A stretch of DNA of 64,000 nucleotides from an uncultured archaeon (GCA_964632315.1 CAZWEM010000015.1:1-64000); one strand, 5' to 3'; positions 49,482 to 60,238 are shown, numbered from the stretch's first letter. Notes: generated by a model not told the origin, from the letters alone. Numbers and translations: made by a program.

Positions 49482-50561
49482 CTATTCCTTACTCGTTGCG
49501 ATGTAGGAAGAATCTCCAATAGTGATCCCATTTTTTATTAAATCCTCCAAAATGGAATAATCTCCAATAATACTATTAGACGTAATTAATTTTTTTAATT
49601 GGACCCCATCTCCAATTACCGACTCTGAGATAATGGATTTTTCAATATTTAAGTTATCACCTATAGATACATTTGGTCCAATTACTGAATTTGAAATGGA
49701 TACATTATTTCCAACATATACGGGGGGATTTATTTTAGTATTATTTATTTTCCTTGATGCTATTTTGGTTTCATATAAAGGATCACTAATTTTACTTTCA
49801 GAAAGCAAAGCTCGATTCGCATCCAAAAGTGAATTAGGACGTCCAAAATCTAGAATTTTTCCATGCATTTCGCTAATTTTAATGCAGGCTCCTTCATTTA
49901 TCAATTTTTGTATGATAGGAGTAAATTGATGTTCTTCTCCGTTTTGAAGAGATATCTTGCTTTGTTCTTCTAAAAATTGAAATAACTTTGCCGTGATGGA
50001 GTTTCTAAAGACATATGCTCCAGAAACAGCATAATTTGAGACATATTTTTGGGGTTTCTCTATGATTTCAGAAATATGGTTGCGCTCATTTATAACAACG
50101 ACTCCATAAAATTGAGGGTTCTCAACTTTTCTCACATTTATTACCGCATCACATTCTTGCTGATGAAATGTAAGCAACATTTGAGAGTAATCCTCCATCG
50201 GGAGCCTATCACTCAAGAAAATGAAACAGTCGTCACCTTTAACAAAATCTTTTGCTAATAAAATGGCATCCCCCAATCCCGAAAAAAATGGTTCATCAGC
50301 AGAATATCCTAATGGGTCTTGTTCAATAAATTCTAGATTAAAGTACTCCGAAAAATGATTTTTTAGGTATTCGATTATCTGACGTTTTTTATATCCTACT
50401 ATGAAACAAATATTTGAATTTTGTGGAAAACTTTTTTTTAATTTCAATAAGATATGATCTATTGCCCTTTTACCAGCGACTTTTAGGAATGCTTTTGGTT
50501 TTGAAAAAGTAAAAGGTTGTAGTCTTTTACCAACCCCTGCTAATGGGCAAATTATCTGCAT
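49482..50561 (-). CDS. sugar-phosphate nucleotidyltransferase with left-handed beta-helix
   Basis: LAGVGKRLQPFT.SKPK, GLGDA, YGVV, IEKP, hexapeptide repeats. Confidence 0.9.
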   Translation of the reverse strand: MQIICPLAGVGKRLQPFTFSKPKAFLKVAGKRAIDHILLKLKKSFPQNSNICFIVGYKKRQIIEYLKNHFSEYFNLEFIEQDPLGYSADEPFFSGLGDAILLAKDFVKGDDCFIFLSDRLPMEDYSQMLLTFHQQECDAVINVRKVENPQFYGVVVINERNHISEIIEKPQKYVSNYAVSGAYVFRNSITAKLFQFLEEQSKISLQNGEEHQFTPIIQKLINEGACIKISEMHGKILDFGRPNSLLDANRALLSESKISDPLYETKIASRKINNTKINPPVYVGNNVSISNSVIGPNVSIGDNLNIEKSIISESVIGDGVQLKKLITSNSIIGDYSILEDLIKNGITIGDSSYIATSKE

Positions 50562-50722
50562 TTCTTTTCACATTCAACTTACTGTAATACAGTAAAATAC
50601 GTTAATGCTGATATAAAGCACTATATCCGAATTTTTAACCGTTTAATTAATTTTATTTTTAGTCTTATTGGAGAATAAATATCATAACAAAATATTACAT
50701 AAAAAATTTGTCGAATAATTTT

Positions 50723-51250
50723 TTACATTTCAAAAATCCTCATTATTATTTTGTAATACTTCGCTTGAGCTAATTTTCTTTCAATATCGGTTTTTAACTT
50801 TCTTAAGTAATAATTATCTGAACTATTGGTTTTATCCCCTCTTAATTTCTTGTTAAGGGCGATTCTTGTTTTTTCTTCTAAAAACTCTGGAGGGATTTTC
50901 CGAAATTCTTCAATTAAAGTCTCTCTTTCGTTTTCTTTGCTTAGCTTTTTAGAATAGGTTTCAACTTTTTTATAAAGAATCTTAATCCAAGTTTCAATCC
51001 TGTCTATATCCCCTTTTAAATAAGTTCTTGCATCTAACCATTCTTTAAATTCAATAACATCATGTAAAAATTCATTATACTCCTTTTTTCCTATTTCTGG
51101 CTGAATTTCATCCTCCTTTTTAATTACTTTCTTTATAGTTTCTTTTTTCAATTCTTGTTTTTTTTCTTTAGGTAAGGAATCATAGAATTCTTCTTTTTTT
51201 TTCCGGCGTTCTTTAGTTTCTTCATCGTCAAACCATTTATATATAGACAT
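50723..51250 (-). CDS. hypothetical charged helical protein
   Basis: 175-aa ORF. Confidence 0.7.
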   Translation of the reverse strand: MSIYKWFDDEETKERRKKKEEFYDSLPKEKKQELKKETIKKVIKKEDEIQPEIGKKEYNEFLHDVIEFKEWLDARTYLKGDIDRIETWIKILYKKVETYSKKLSKENERETLIEEFRKIPPEFLEEKTRIALNKKLRGDKTNSSDNYYLRKLKTDIERKLAQAKYYKIIMRIFEM

Positions 51251-51361
51251 TTTGATATTACTCTTTCTTTAAAATTAAATCCCAATTCAATATAAAAATA
51301 ACAATATAATTTAGACTATCAGAGATAAATTAATATTTAAAGTTATTAAATATCACTTGAT

Positions 51362-52111
51362 ATGAAAATTAAGGGGTTAATCTTTGATTTCGGATTTACA
51401 TTATTTAGCTTTAGAGATGTATCGGTTGAGAAATACCTAAATTGCTATAATGAAGGATTAACTAAATCCTTGGAAAAACTTTCAGATTTAAAAATTTTAA
51501 CTAATACTTTACTTAATAAAGAAATTATTAAAACATTTAATAAGAAAAGGGCTGAATACTTTAAGAAAAGCGTAAAAACCAAAAATGAATATAGGACCTC
51601 ATTTATTTTCAAAGAAACGTTTAAAGAGCATGACATTCTAGAACTCGATGATCAAATTCTTGATGAATTAGCTGATATTTATCATTCTTGTGAAAGAAAT
51701 CAATGGGTGCCATTTCAATATACAAGAGAGACTCTCAAAAATTTAAAAAATGAAAAAAAGGTAAAATTAGCAGTATTATCAAATCATCCGCATCATGGTA
51801 CTATTGAAAATTTATTATCTAAGTATGATTTAAGAAATTTTTTTGATGCTGTAGTCACATCCGCCGAATATGGAAAGAGAAAACCAGATCCGGGTATATT
51901 TCATTATACCATAAAAAAGATGGGGTTAAAATCTCCTGAATTTTGTATGATCTGTGGAGACGAATATGCCGATATTTCTGGTGGTAATAGAGCTGGATTA
52001 AAAACTATAATGTGTAATAGAACATTTAAATTTCCATTTGAAAAAAAAATCATAGATCAAAAATATATTAAAATTAAAAATATTTCTGAAATAGTCAGAT
52101 ATATTGATTAA
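51362..52111 (+). CDS. HAD family hydrolase
   Basis: FDFGFTL, LSN, KPDPGIF, GD..ADI.G. Confidence 0.88.
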   Translation: MKIKGLIFDFGFTLFSFRDVSVEKYLNCYNEGLTKSLEKLSDLKILTNTLLNKEIIKTFNKKRAEYFKKSVKTKNEYRTSFIFKETFKEHDILELDDQILDELADIYHSCERNQWVPFQYTRETLKNLKNEKKVKLAVLSNHPHHGTIENLLSKYDLRNFFDAVVTSAEYGKRKPDPGIFHYTIKKMGLKSPEFCMICGDEYADISGGNRAGLKTIMCNRTFKFPFEKKIIDQKYIKIKNISEIVRYID

Positions 52112-52218
52112 TTCTATTATCAATATTGATATTTATTACTCAAATCATTTTCAGAAATACATAATTAATCAAAGCTCATCTAAATTTAGGATTTTTAATA
52201 AATCTCTAAAATTAGAAA

Positions 52219-52323
52219 TGACCCGGGGGGGATTTGAACCCTCGATATCTGGCTCCGCAAGCCAGCGCCCTATCCATTCTAGATTCAAAGATATTTTCTT
52301 TGATTTAACTAGACTACCGGGTC
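52219..52323 (-). tRNA. tRNA-Arg(GCG) with 30-nt D-loop intron (52277-52306)
   Basis: Acceptor stem GACCCGG/CCGGGTC, anticodon arm CTGGC-TTGCGGA-GCCAG, T loop TTCAAAT; 75 nt after splicing; CCA not encoded. Confidence 0.92.
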
Positions 52324-52402
52324 TTTTTAATTTTCTATTTGTAATCTTAAAAATAAATCATTTGCTATAATAATTACCGAATGGATCCCCACTTGAAAAA
52401 TC

Positions 52403-53086
52403 ATGTATAGTGACTTTGCTGTTATTTTCGATATGGATGGAGTCTTAGCAGATACTGGGCCTATTCATTATCAAAGTTGGGTTAAAATCGCTAAAGAGAT
52501 AGGGAAAAGATTTTCTAAAGAATTATTTAAGTCTACATTCGGTAAGCAAAGCATTCCAATAATTAGAAAATTGGTTGGAACTGATTATGATGAAGATTTG
52601 GTGAGAAAATGGGCAGATTTAAAAGAGAAATATTATCGAGAGATGTTAAGGGATAATATCGTTCCACTTCCAGGCGTTTTAAGATTATTAAAAGAATTGA
52701 ACCGTTTAAAATTTAAATTAGCGGTGGGATCAAGTGGTCCTCCTGAAAACGTTGATATGCTACTTAATTCATTGGAAATCGCACGTTATTTTAATATTGT
52801 AATCACTGCTTCTGATGTGAAAAATGGAAAGCCAGCACCTGATGTATTTCTCATTGCTTCTGAGAAGCTAAAAATATTGCCATCTAATTGTATAGTCATT
52901 GAAGATGCACCAGTCGGTATCGAAGCAGCTAAGAATGCTGGCATGAAATGTATTGCATTAGAAACGACGCACCCAGCTAAAAAGTTGTCAATGGCTGATT
53001 TGGTAATCTCAGACTTATCTAAAATTCGAACAAAAGATATTATCAAATTATTTATTGAGAATAAGTATTCGGGAAGAATTGTTTGA
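52403..53086 (+). CDS. HAD phosphatase (beta-phosphoglucomutase-like)
   Basis: FDMDGVLADT, SSG, GKPAPD, IEDA..GIEAA. Confidence 0.9.
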   Translation: MYSDFAVIFDMDGVLADTGPIHYQSWVKIAKEIGKRFSKELFKSTFGKQSIPIIRKLVGTDYDEDLVRKWADLKEKYYREMLRDNIVPLPGVLRLLKELNRLKFKLAVGSSGPPENVDMLLNSLEIARYFNIVITASDVKNGKPAPDVFLIASEKLKILPSNCIVIEDAPVGIEAAKNAGMKCIALETTHPAKKLSMADLVISDLSKIRTKDIIKLFIENKYSGRIV

Positions 53087-53141
53087 CTGGATCTCTTGTA
53101 AAAAGTTAAGGAGAGGTGACTTGTTTTTCATTGGAACTTTT

Positions 53142-53423
53142 TTATGGATAATCTGGTTTGTTAGACACTAGAGTCGTTGTTTCTTCGATCCATTTACTTA
53201 TTTCTTCATCCATTCGGATATAGGCAATTATCTTGTCTAATTCCTGTTTTTTAGTAAAGGAACATTCAACAACAACATCCCATCCTCCATAAACAGGAGT
53301 CGCATAAGTTACCATCCAATCTTCATCATCTTCAACTGATTTTAAGTTTTTGAGCTTATTGACGACTTTCCATTCAAATCCAATTTTCTTCAGTCGAATA
53401 AAGATATATCCTCGGAAATAGAT
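53142..53423 (-). CDS. Lrp/AsnC ligand-binding (RAM) domain protein, inferred ATC start
   Basis: (M)YFRGYIFI..GFEWKVV..L..YATPVYGGWDVVVE..ELDKII..IR..IEETTTLV; not in ORF track. Confidence 0.75.
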   Translation of the reverse strand: MYFRGYIFIRLKKIGFEWKVVNKLKNLKSVEDDEDWMVTYATPVYGGWDVVVECSFTKKQELDKIIAYIRMDEEISKWIEETTTLVSNKPDYP

Positions 53424-53544
53424 TGAAAATCACCAATTTTAAATATAAATTAATTTTTTTTGAGAAGAAATATTAATCATATACAAATTATGAAACATTA
53501 GAGATATTAACTAATAAACGTTATGATAACTCGGGTTATTTAAC

Positions 53545-55305
53545 TTGGATGATAATGAAATCACAGATTTGCTATGGAAATTTGCTTTAATAAATTCTGT
53601 TAAATTTGGGGGAACTCCTAATCTTAAAGCAATAATGGGTAAGATTATGGCTGAAAGGAAGGATCTTAGATCTCAATCAAAAAAAGTAATAAGCGTTTTA
53701 GAAAGCATCGTTAATCAGATAAATTCATTGGATCTTAATGTTCAAACTGAAAAATTATTAGAGATTGATCCGAATGCTTTAGATAAAAAAGAGACTATAA
53801 AAGAAGAGAAAGAACTCCCAGATTTACCAGAATTAAGTAAATATGATAAAGTTGTAATGCGCTTGGCCCCCTATCCTAGTGGTGCTTTACATATCGGAAA
53901 TGCACGGATGATTGTTCTAAATGACGAATATGTAAAAAGATATAATGGAGACTTGATCCTTTTTTTTGACGATACGATTGGAAGTCCAAAATCATTAAGA
54001 GATTCCCCCAAAGCCAAATATGTACTTCCAGAGTCGTATGATTTGATAAAAGAAGGATTAGATTGGTTGAAAGTTGGTTTTAATAAGGTTTATTATAAAA
54101 GTGATCGTTTAGAAATTTTTTATGAATATTGTGAAAAATTAATTAAAGATGAAATAGCCTATGTATGTACTTGCAGTGCTGATGAATTTAGAGATTCATA
54201 TAAATTAAAAAAATTGGAATGTCCCCATCGTAACCGAACTACCAGCCAAAATTTACAAGAATGGAATAAAATGCTTTCAGGAAAGTATCACGAAACTGAA
54301 GCTGTCGTTAGATTAAAAACAGGTATGAATCAAAAAGATCCAGCTCTTAGAGATCAAATTATTATGCGGATTTCAGAAGCAAAACACCCGAGAGTAGGAA
54401 CGAAATATAAAGTTTGGCCAATGTTGGAATTTTCTTGGGCTATTGATGACCATTTAATTGGAGTCACTCATATACTCCGAGGATCTGACTTAGTGAAAGA
54501 GGATTTCATCGAAAATTTTGTATGGGAGCACTTTAAGTGGAAAAAGGCTCAATTTTTACATTATGGAAGAATAAATTTTCCCGATATGAAATTAAGCAAA
54601 ACCGATGCTAGAAATAACATCCAAAATGGTGTTTATTACGGATGGGATGATCCTAGAACCTGGACCTTACAATCTCTTAAAAAAAGAGGCATTCAACCCG
54701 AAGCTTTGAGAGAATCTTTATTAGATTTAGGGATGTCACTTTCAGGCATCACATTTTCAGTTAATTGGTTATATTCTAAAAATCAGGATCTAATAGATGA
54801 TCAATCAAATCGTTACTTTTATGTAGAAGATCCGATATACATTAAGATCAAGGAGGTTCCAAAAAAGCAATATATTTCCAAACCACTATTATTACCTTCA
54901 AGACCCGAAAAAGGGAATCGCAAAATTAAGATTGAAACCAAAGACAACCAAGTAAACCTTTATGCTTCTTCAAATGATATGAATTTATTCAATAAAAATC
55001 AAATAGTACGATTAAAAGATCTATTTAACATTCAAATTGACCTATTTGAAGAAGAGTCGAAATTGGTGCACGCTCATTATCACAGTGCAGCCTTAGATCG
55101 AAATTATTCAATTATTCAATGGGTTCCTGCCCAAGAATTCGTAAATGTCGAAATTTTAAAACCAAATGGTAAAGTTTCGAAAGGTGTAGGTGAAATTAAT
55201 CTTATGAAGATACCTATGGAAATTCCCATACAATTCGAGCGATATGGTTTTGTCAACCCGATTACTAGAGAAAAGGATCTCCTATATTGTTATTTTACTC
55301 ATTAA
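53545..55305 (+). CDS. gltX: glutamate--tRNA ligase
   Basis: RLAPYPSGALHIGN, FDDT, YKSDR, HILRGSD, KLSK, QFERYGF. Confidence 0.96.
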   Translation: MDDNEITDLLWKFALINSVKFGGTPNLKAIMGKIMAERKDLRSQSKKVISVLESIVNQINSLDLNVQTEKLLEIDPNALDKKETIKEEKELPDLPELSKYDKVVMRLAPYPSGALHIGNARMIVLNDEYVKRYNGDLILFFDDTIGSPKSLRDSPKAKYVLPESYDLIKEGLDWLKVGFNKVYYKSDRLEIFYEYCEKLIKDEIAYVCTCSADEFRDSYKLKKLECPHRNRTTSQNLQEWNKMLSGKYHETEAVVRLKTGMNQKDPALRDQIIMRISEAKHPRVGTKYKVWPMLEFSWAIDDHLIGVTHILRGSDLVKEDFIENFVWEHFKWKKAQFLHYGRINFPDMKLSKTDARNNIQNGVYYGWDDPRTWTLQSLKKRGIQPEALRESLLDLGMSLSGITFSVNWLYSKNQDLIDDQSNRYFYVEDPIYIKIKEVPKKQYISKPLLLPSRPEKGNRKIKIETKDNQVNLYASSNDMNLFNKNQIVRLKDLFNIQIDLFEEESKLVHAHYHSAALDRNYSIIQWVPAQEFVNVEILKPNGKVSKGVGEINLMKIPMEIPIQFERYGFVNPITREKDLLYCYFTH

Positions 55306-55392
55306 AATAATTTTAAAATTAAAAGAAAATACTATAAAGTTCGTTTTCTTTAAAATCATAATTATCTTTAGATCATACATGTTTCTATAATA

Positions 55393-56493
55393 ATGATGAA
55401 TGAGAATAACGAAGATGCCACATCAAAAAGCCCACTAGGGTGGAAAGTATGTCCTTTTTGTGGAGCTCAGTTACCAAAGCTAGCAGAATTAAAATTTTGT
55501 ACTTCATGTGGAATAGATTTAGAATACTTAAAAACTCATAAAAAGATTCCTCCAGATTTCCTTCAGAGATTGGATCACACAAGCCCTCAAATCTCTGATC
55601 AGCAATCTGTTTTATGGAATGGAATAAAACAAATTTCTGATGAGGAAATCCTTGAAACTCAAGATAAGAAACTTTGGAGTGTTGCGGCTTCAATAGGATT
55701 GACAATTGCTGCTGTAGTGATTATGAATTTCATTGCTGTTGCTTTAGTAATACCATTCATTTTTCTCACTCCATCAATTGAAGCATTAATGAATAGTCTA
55801 TCAAGTCCTTATTTTATCATTATTACCTCATTTGCTGAACTAATTCTAATTGTTTTTCCAATAATCTATATAAAGAAATACCTGAAGAATCCTACAATTA
55901 AAAATCGTTTTGCCTTATTAGGGTTTACAACTAAAGGAATGAGTTCATGGAAGGTAATCAAGGAAATCCTAATAGGTTTAGTATTTTCTGTAATTGGTAT
56001 TATAGTGGTTTTGTTCGTCTCATTTTTCGTTGAAATAATAGTTGAATTTTTTTTTGGATTATCGGTCATAAGAGATGTATCTTCAAGTAATGGAAATGTA
56101 GATATGATAATACTCGCTTCTGATATTCCTGCTCTAATATTATTAATGCTTATAATGATATTAGTAATTGGAACTTCAGAAGAAATACTATTCCGAGGAT
56201 TCATGCAAAAAGGATTAGTAAGACGTATAGGCAAAAAATGGGGTTTAATGGTCACCGCATTGATATTTACATTTATCCACTTGATTGGTTCCTTCTTAAT
56301 TTATGATATTTTTTCACTATCATTTTTAGTTTCATTTATATTATCTTTCTTTCCGTATTTAGCAATCTCTTCTCTACTGGGTTTGGTGTACATGTGGAGA
56401 AAGGAGAATTTAATCTCTGTCATGATCATGCATGGCTTCTATGATGCCCTCACAGTACTTATGGTATTCATGTTCTATAATTTAACATTTTAA
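55393..56493 (+). CDS. CPBP (Rce1/Abi) intramembrane metalloprotease with N-terminal zinc ribbon
   Basis: CPFCG..FCTSCG; EEILFRG, F..IH, H..YD. Confidence 0.88.
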   Translation: MMNENNEDATSKSPLGWKVCPFCGAQLPKLAELKFCTSCGIDLEYLKTHKKIPPDFLQRLDHTSPQISDQQSVLWNGIKQISDEEILETQDKKLWSVAASIGLTIAAVVIMNFIAVALVIPFIFLTPSIEALMNSLSSPYFIIITSFAELILIVFPIIYIKKYLKNPTIKNRFALLGFTTKGMSSWKVIKEILIGLVFSVIGIIVVLFVSFFVEIIVEFFFGLSVIRDVSSSNGNVDMIILASDIPALILLMLIMILVIGTSEEILFRGFMQKGLVRRIGKKWGLMVTALIFTFIHLIGSFLIYDIFSLSFLVSFILSFFPYLAISSLLGLVYMWRKENLISVMIMHGFYDALTVLMVFMFYNLTF

Positions 56494-56497
56494 TACA

Positions 56498-57340
56498 ATG
56501 TCTCTAATGGATTTAATAACATCAAAAGAAAAAGGAAATAATCCTAAAATTGGAATTGGATTAGGAAGAGATTCTCAACAAAATTCTCTCATAGTAAAAG
56601 CAGTGCATCAATTCTTAGAAAATGAAAGAGCAACAATATATCTATTTAGTGATGAAATAGGTATCAATAAGTTAAAAAATATTACAATGGATCTCAATTT
56701 GATAAAATCTGAAAATGTTGAGGCTGAAATTTTTAATTTTGTAGAAAACAGGCAAATAGAATCGGTAATAAGAGGAAGTTTAAGCTCAAACAAGTTCATT
56801 ACTGAAGTTAAAAATAGATATAATGCTCCTAATCTTAATCGTTTAGCACTTTTAGAAACCTCTAATAGATTTCAATTCTTTTTCGCTCCAGTGGGTATCG
56901 ACGAATGCTCAAATTTAAAGCAAAAACAAATTTTTATAGAGAATGCCATAAAATTTTTGACTTCCATTGGTATAGATCCTAAAATTAGCATCCTGAGTGG
57001 AGGAAGGGAAGGAGATAAAGGGAGGGACAAGATAGTTGATGCAAGCTTAGAAGAGAGCCACAAATTAATCAGATACTTTAATCAAAATTATCCTCACTCG
57101 AAAGTTTATCATGATGAAATACTAATTGAAAATGCTATAGCCCGAAAATGCAATCTCATCATTGCTCCGGATGGAATTTCTGGTAATCTCATCTACCGAA
57201 CTCTCGTTCATTTAGGAGGAGGTAAAGCATATGGAGCAATCTATTTAGGTCTTAAGACTCTCATTATTGATACTTCAAGAGTTGGTAATATTTCTGAAAT
57301 TGAAGGAGCATTGAGGATTGCAAAAGCATTTTCAGATTAG
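56498..57340 (+). CDS. mtxX: MtxX / methanogenesis marker 4 family protein
   Basis: IRGSLSS, FFAPVGIDE, LSGGR..D, ILIE, APDGISGNLIYRTL, DTSR. Confidence 0.85.
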   Translation: MSLMDLITSKEKGNNPKIGIGLGRDSQQNSLIVKAVHQFLENERATIYLFSDEIGINKLKNITMDLNLIKSENVEAEIFNFVENRQIESVIRGSLSSNKFITEVKNRYNAPNLNRLALLETSNRFQFFFAPVGIDECSNLKQKQIFIENAIKFLTSIGIDPKISILSGGREGDKGRDKIVDASLEESHKLIRYFNQNYPHSKVYHDEILIENAIARKCNLIIAPDGISGNLIYRTLVHLGGGKAYGAIYLGLKTLIIDTSRVGNISEIEGALRIAKAFSD

Positions 57341-57348
57341 TAGAATAA

Positions 57349-58185
57349 TTATTTATATTGATTTGGGTCATCAACTATTCTAAGATCGTCATTCAAACTA
57401 TCTATTTGATCCATGTCACTAGTATTTATTCTAAAGTCAAAAACATCAGCATTATCTTTAAGATGCTGCTTATTACCCGATTTTGGGATTTCAACTATTT
57501 TATGTTGAAGCCCCCATCTGATCAAGATTTGAGGGACACTTTTGTTGTACTTCAAACTTATAGATTTAAGAGTAGAATCATTGAATTTCCTCCCTCTCGT
57601 TAGAGGGGAATAAGCTTCTAGTTGAATATTCTTAGAATTACAATATTCTAAAAGCCTTTTTTGATATAAAAATGGAGAAAACTCTACTTGATTAATCATT
57701 GGTGTTATTGAAGTCTTGCTTAATAACTCATCAATATGCTTAATAGTAAAATTACTTACTCCTATAGCTCTAGCTTGACCACTTTCATATATTTTTTCTA
57801 AGGCTTTCCAAGTATCATTTCTTAATCCACTAATGGGCCAATGAATTAAATAAAGATCTAGATATGATAACTTTAACTTTTTTAAACTCTTATCAAAAGC
57901 CTTAAATGTATTATCGTAACCTTGATCACTATTCCATACCTTCGAAGTAATGAATAAATCTTCTCTCGAAATTTTTGAATCTTCAATCGCCTCTCCAATC
58001 TCTCTTTCATTTCCATATAATGCGGCCGTATCAATTAATCTGTATCCCATTTCAATCGCCCAAGTTACCCCTTGAATACATTCCTGACCTCTTAACGCCC
58101 ATGTGCCCAAACCAAGAATCGGCATTTCGATTCCATTGTACAATTTTACAGTTGTATCTTTTTTCAAATCCAATTTTAACACCAA
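57349..58185 (-). CDS. aldo/keto reductase
   Basis: GLGTW, DTAALYGNE, DLYLIHWP, IGVSNF, AYSPL, IPKS. Confidence 0.95.
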   Translation of the reverse strand: MVLKLDLKKDTTVKLYNGIEMPILGLGTWALRGQECIQGVTWAIEMGYRLIDTAALYGNEREIGEAIEDSKISREDLFITSKVWNSDQGYDNTFKAFDKSLKKLKLSYLDLYLIHWPISGLRNDTWKALEKIYESGQARAIGVSNFTIKHIDELLSKTSITPMINQVEFSPFLYQKRLLEYCNSKNIQLEAYSPLTRGRKFNDSTLKSISLKYNKSVPQILIRWGLQHKIVEIPKSGNKQHLKDNADVFDFRINTSDMDQIDSLNDDLRIVDDPNQYK

Positions 58186-58271
58186 TTATCATACACGATT
58201 TAAAAATATAAAAATTCTACTTATAGAACATTAAAAAATGATCAAAATCAATTAAATAAAAAAAAGAATAC

Positions 58272-58571
58272 TTAACTAAGAAAACCAACAAACGTCGCAA
58301 GTAGGACGAAAATTCCACCAATTAAGCTAGCAAATACAATCAGTAGAATTCCTAATATTGCAAGAAAGAAAGGTGTACCGCGAATAGGTTTTATCCCTAA
58401 TACAATTGTAATTATGGCAAAAACGAATATCAAAATCGTTCCTATCACTCCAAATCCATATGACATTAAACCATTCCCCGTTAAAATCAAAATAGCCTCA
58501 ATGATTCCAATAATCCCTCCTATTATTGCTATTACTCTCATGCCTTTATCTGATTCTTCAACCTTACTCAT
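58272..58571 (-). CDS. small membrane protein
   Basis: Gly-rich hydrophobic segments. Confidence 0.7.
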   Translation of the reverse strand: MSKVEESDKGMRVIAIIGGIIGIIEAILILTGNGLMSYGFGVIGTILIFVFAIITIVLGIKPIRGTPFFLAILGILLIVFASLIGGIFVLLATFVGFLS

Positions 58572-58665
58572 AAAGATTACATCCTTAATGTGGGTTTAAA
58601 CTTTCTTAAGTAAAAATAAATGAATCAACTATAAAAATTTATACTCTAAAAAAAAAGAAGAGGAT

Positions 58666-59310
58666 TTAGATCATATGTAGAGATCCGAATATGATCCCTA
58701 ATCCAAGATCGATAATAGCTGCAATTATCAAAAAATTGCGCTGCTTTTTAGGCTTCCAGTAGTAAGAATAGGCAGAAACCACGAAAAAAGGTATATATAC
58801 AAATATGAACACTGTAATCGCATTCCACCACCACCACACCCATACAAACGATCTTGTAAAGATAAGAAAAATTTCTATTATAGAAGCCACCAAAGCATTC
58901 CCAATTCCAATCGCAAGGGGTTTTGGAACTGAATATCTCCCTATTTTAAACATTGGTTCTTTAGGATCTTCTGGTAAGAGTTTACTTTGTGCGACTCCAG
59001 CTATAGAAAACATCAGGTTTAGTTCTATTCCGAGTCCAATTAAGATTAAATACGACGTTCCAGCTGGAACGGTCCATAATGCATGACCTAATACAGATTG
59101 GACGACCCCATTAATGATCTCAACAAACCAATGTATCATGTATAATGTTAAGCCAGCAACGATAGTGTTATAATTCTTTTTATGATATTCATTAAAATAA
59201 ATATATAGAACGACAACTAGCATGAAGATCACGCCAAGATCGAAATAATCACCTGATCGAAGAATATCTAAAGCTTGTTGAGTCGCTTCGGGGTTATGTA
59301 GTAATATCAT
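58666..59310 (-). CDS. hypothetical membrane protein
   Basis: About 6 TM segments, WFVEIIN and ALWT motifs. Confidence 0.75.
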   Translation of the reverse strand: MILLHNPEATQQALDILRSGDYFDLGVIFMLVVVLYIYFNEYHKKNYNTIVAGLTLYMIHWFVEIINGVVQSVLGHALWTVPAGTSYLILIGLGIELNLMFSIAGVAQSKLLPEDPKEPMFKIGRYSVPKPLAIGIGNALVASIIEIFLIFTRSFVWVWWWWNAITVFIFVYIPFFVVSAYSYYWKPKKQRNFLIIAAIIDLGLGIIFGSLHMI

Positions 59311-59419
59311 TTATTTATTCTCTTTTAAGTTAATATTAAATTTAAAGATATGAAATTATCAATATGTTTTAAAAATTAGCAAAGGCTTAAAATGAGGAGT
59401 ATTTTTTATTTGCATACTC

Positions 59420-60238
59420 ATGATTTTCAAGGAAAAATTGATTAAAAACGCTAATTCGCGAGCAATGTTGATTTTTTTAGGTTCATATCTTTTCTCAATT
59501 TGCTTAACCATACCAATTCACGAAATAGGACACGCAATAGCACTCTTAATCCTTGGGTATCCCGATATAGTGATACATGTGACCCCTTTTTATGGGACAA
59601 CAACCACAAGCGCTAGTATCGCTATGGATGATATAATTTTTATCTCCGCCGCTGGACCAGTCTTTGATTTGATTTGTGCAAGTATGCTGTTAATAGGGCT
59701 TTGGCATAGAAGAAGTACGAACCTATTACCTCTATTAATGTATGGTGGAACAGCATTTCTATTAGAGGGAATTGTCATGTTTAATACATTTTTTACCCGT
59801 ACAATTTTAACCGATTGGGATGCACTTATTTTTATGGGAATCTCTCCGATCTTTGTTGCTGTTTTAACTGGGATTGTATTAATAGCAGGCGCTTTGATGG
59901 TGTATCTTATATGGCCTCTCACTGGTATTTCAGCACAAACTTCCTTTTCTAAAATACTTTATATCAATTTGGGCTACATTTTCTATGTGTTATTATCCCT
60001 TTTCTTCGCAATAGTAGTTAATCTATCTTTCCTTCCAGAAATAATGTTTTTATTAACACTTAATTCAATAGTGGCAATTTTATTCTTAATTTTAAGGATT
60101 TTTGCATATAAACCTCTTTTTCCCTTGATAGATCGATTAACCCATACGGAAGTGAGTGATCCAACAAATAATTCCGTCTGGATTCCATTATTTATGGGTG
60201 GATTTACATTTTTCTTTCTTATATTTTTTATTAATTAA
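59420..60238 (+). CDS. M50-like membrane zinc metalloprotease
   Basis: IHEIGH within TM, SAAGP, TDW. Confidence 0.75.
   Translation: MIFKEKLIKNANSRAMLIFLGSYLFSICLTIPIHEIGHAIALLILGYPDIVIHVTPFYGTTTTSASIAMDDIIFISAAGPVFDLICASMLLIGLWHRRSTNLLPLLMYGGTAFLLEGIVMFNTFFTRTILTDWDALIFMGISPIFVAVLTGIVLIAGALMVYLIWPLTGISAQTSFSKILYINLGYIFYVLLSLFFAIVVNLSFLPEIMFLLTLNSIVAILFLILRIFAYKPLFPLIDRLTHTEVSDPTNNSVWIPLFMGGFTFFFLIFFIN

Noticed and set aside
52104-52370. 88-aa plus-strand ORF
   Set aside because: Spans the minus-strand tRNA-Arg gene and its AT-rich flanks
53084-53125. Possible SECIS-like hairpin after the HAD gene's TGA
   Set aside because: Weak stem and no proper AUGA/GA core; readthrough adds only four codons to an already complete domain
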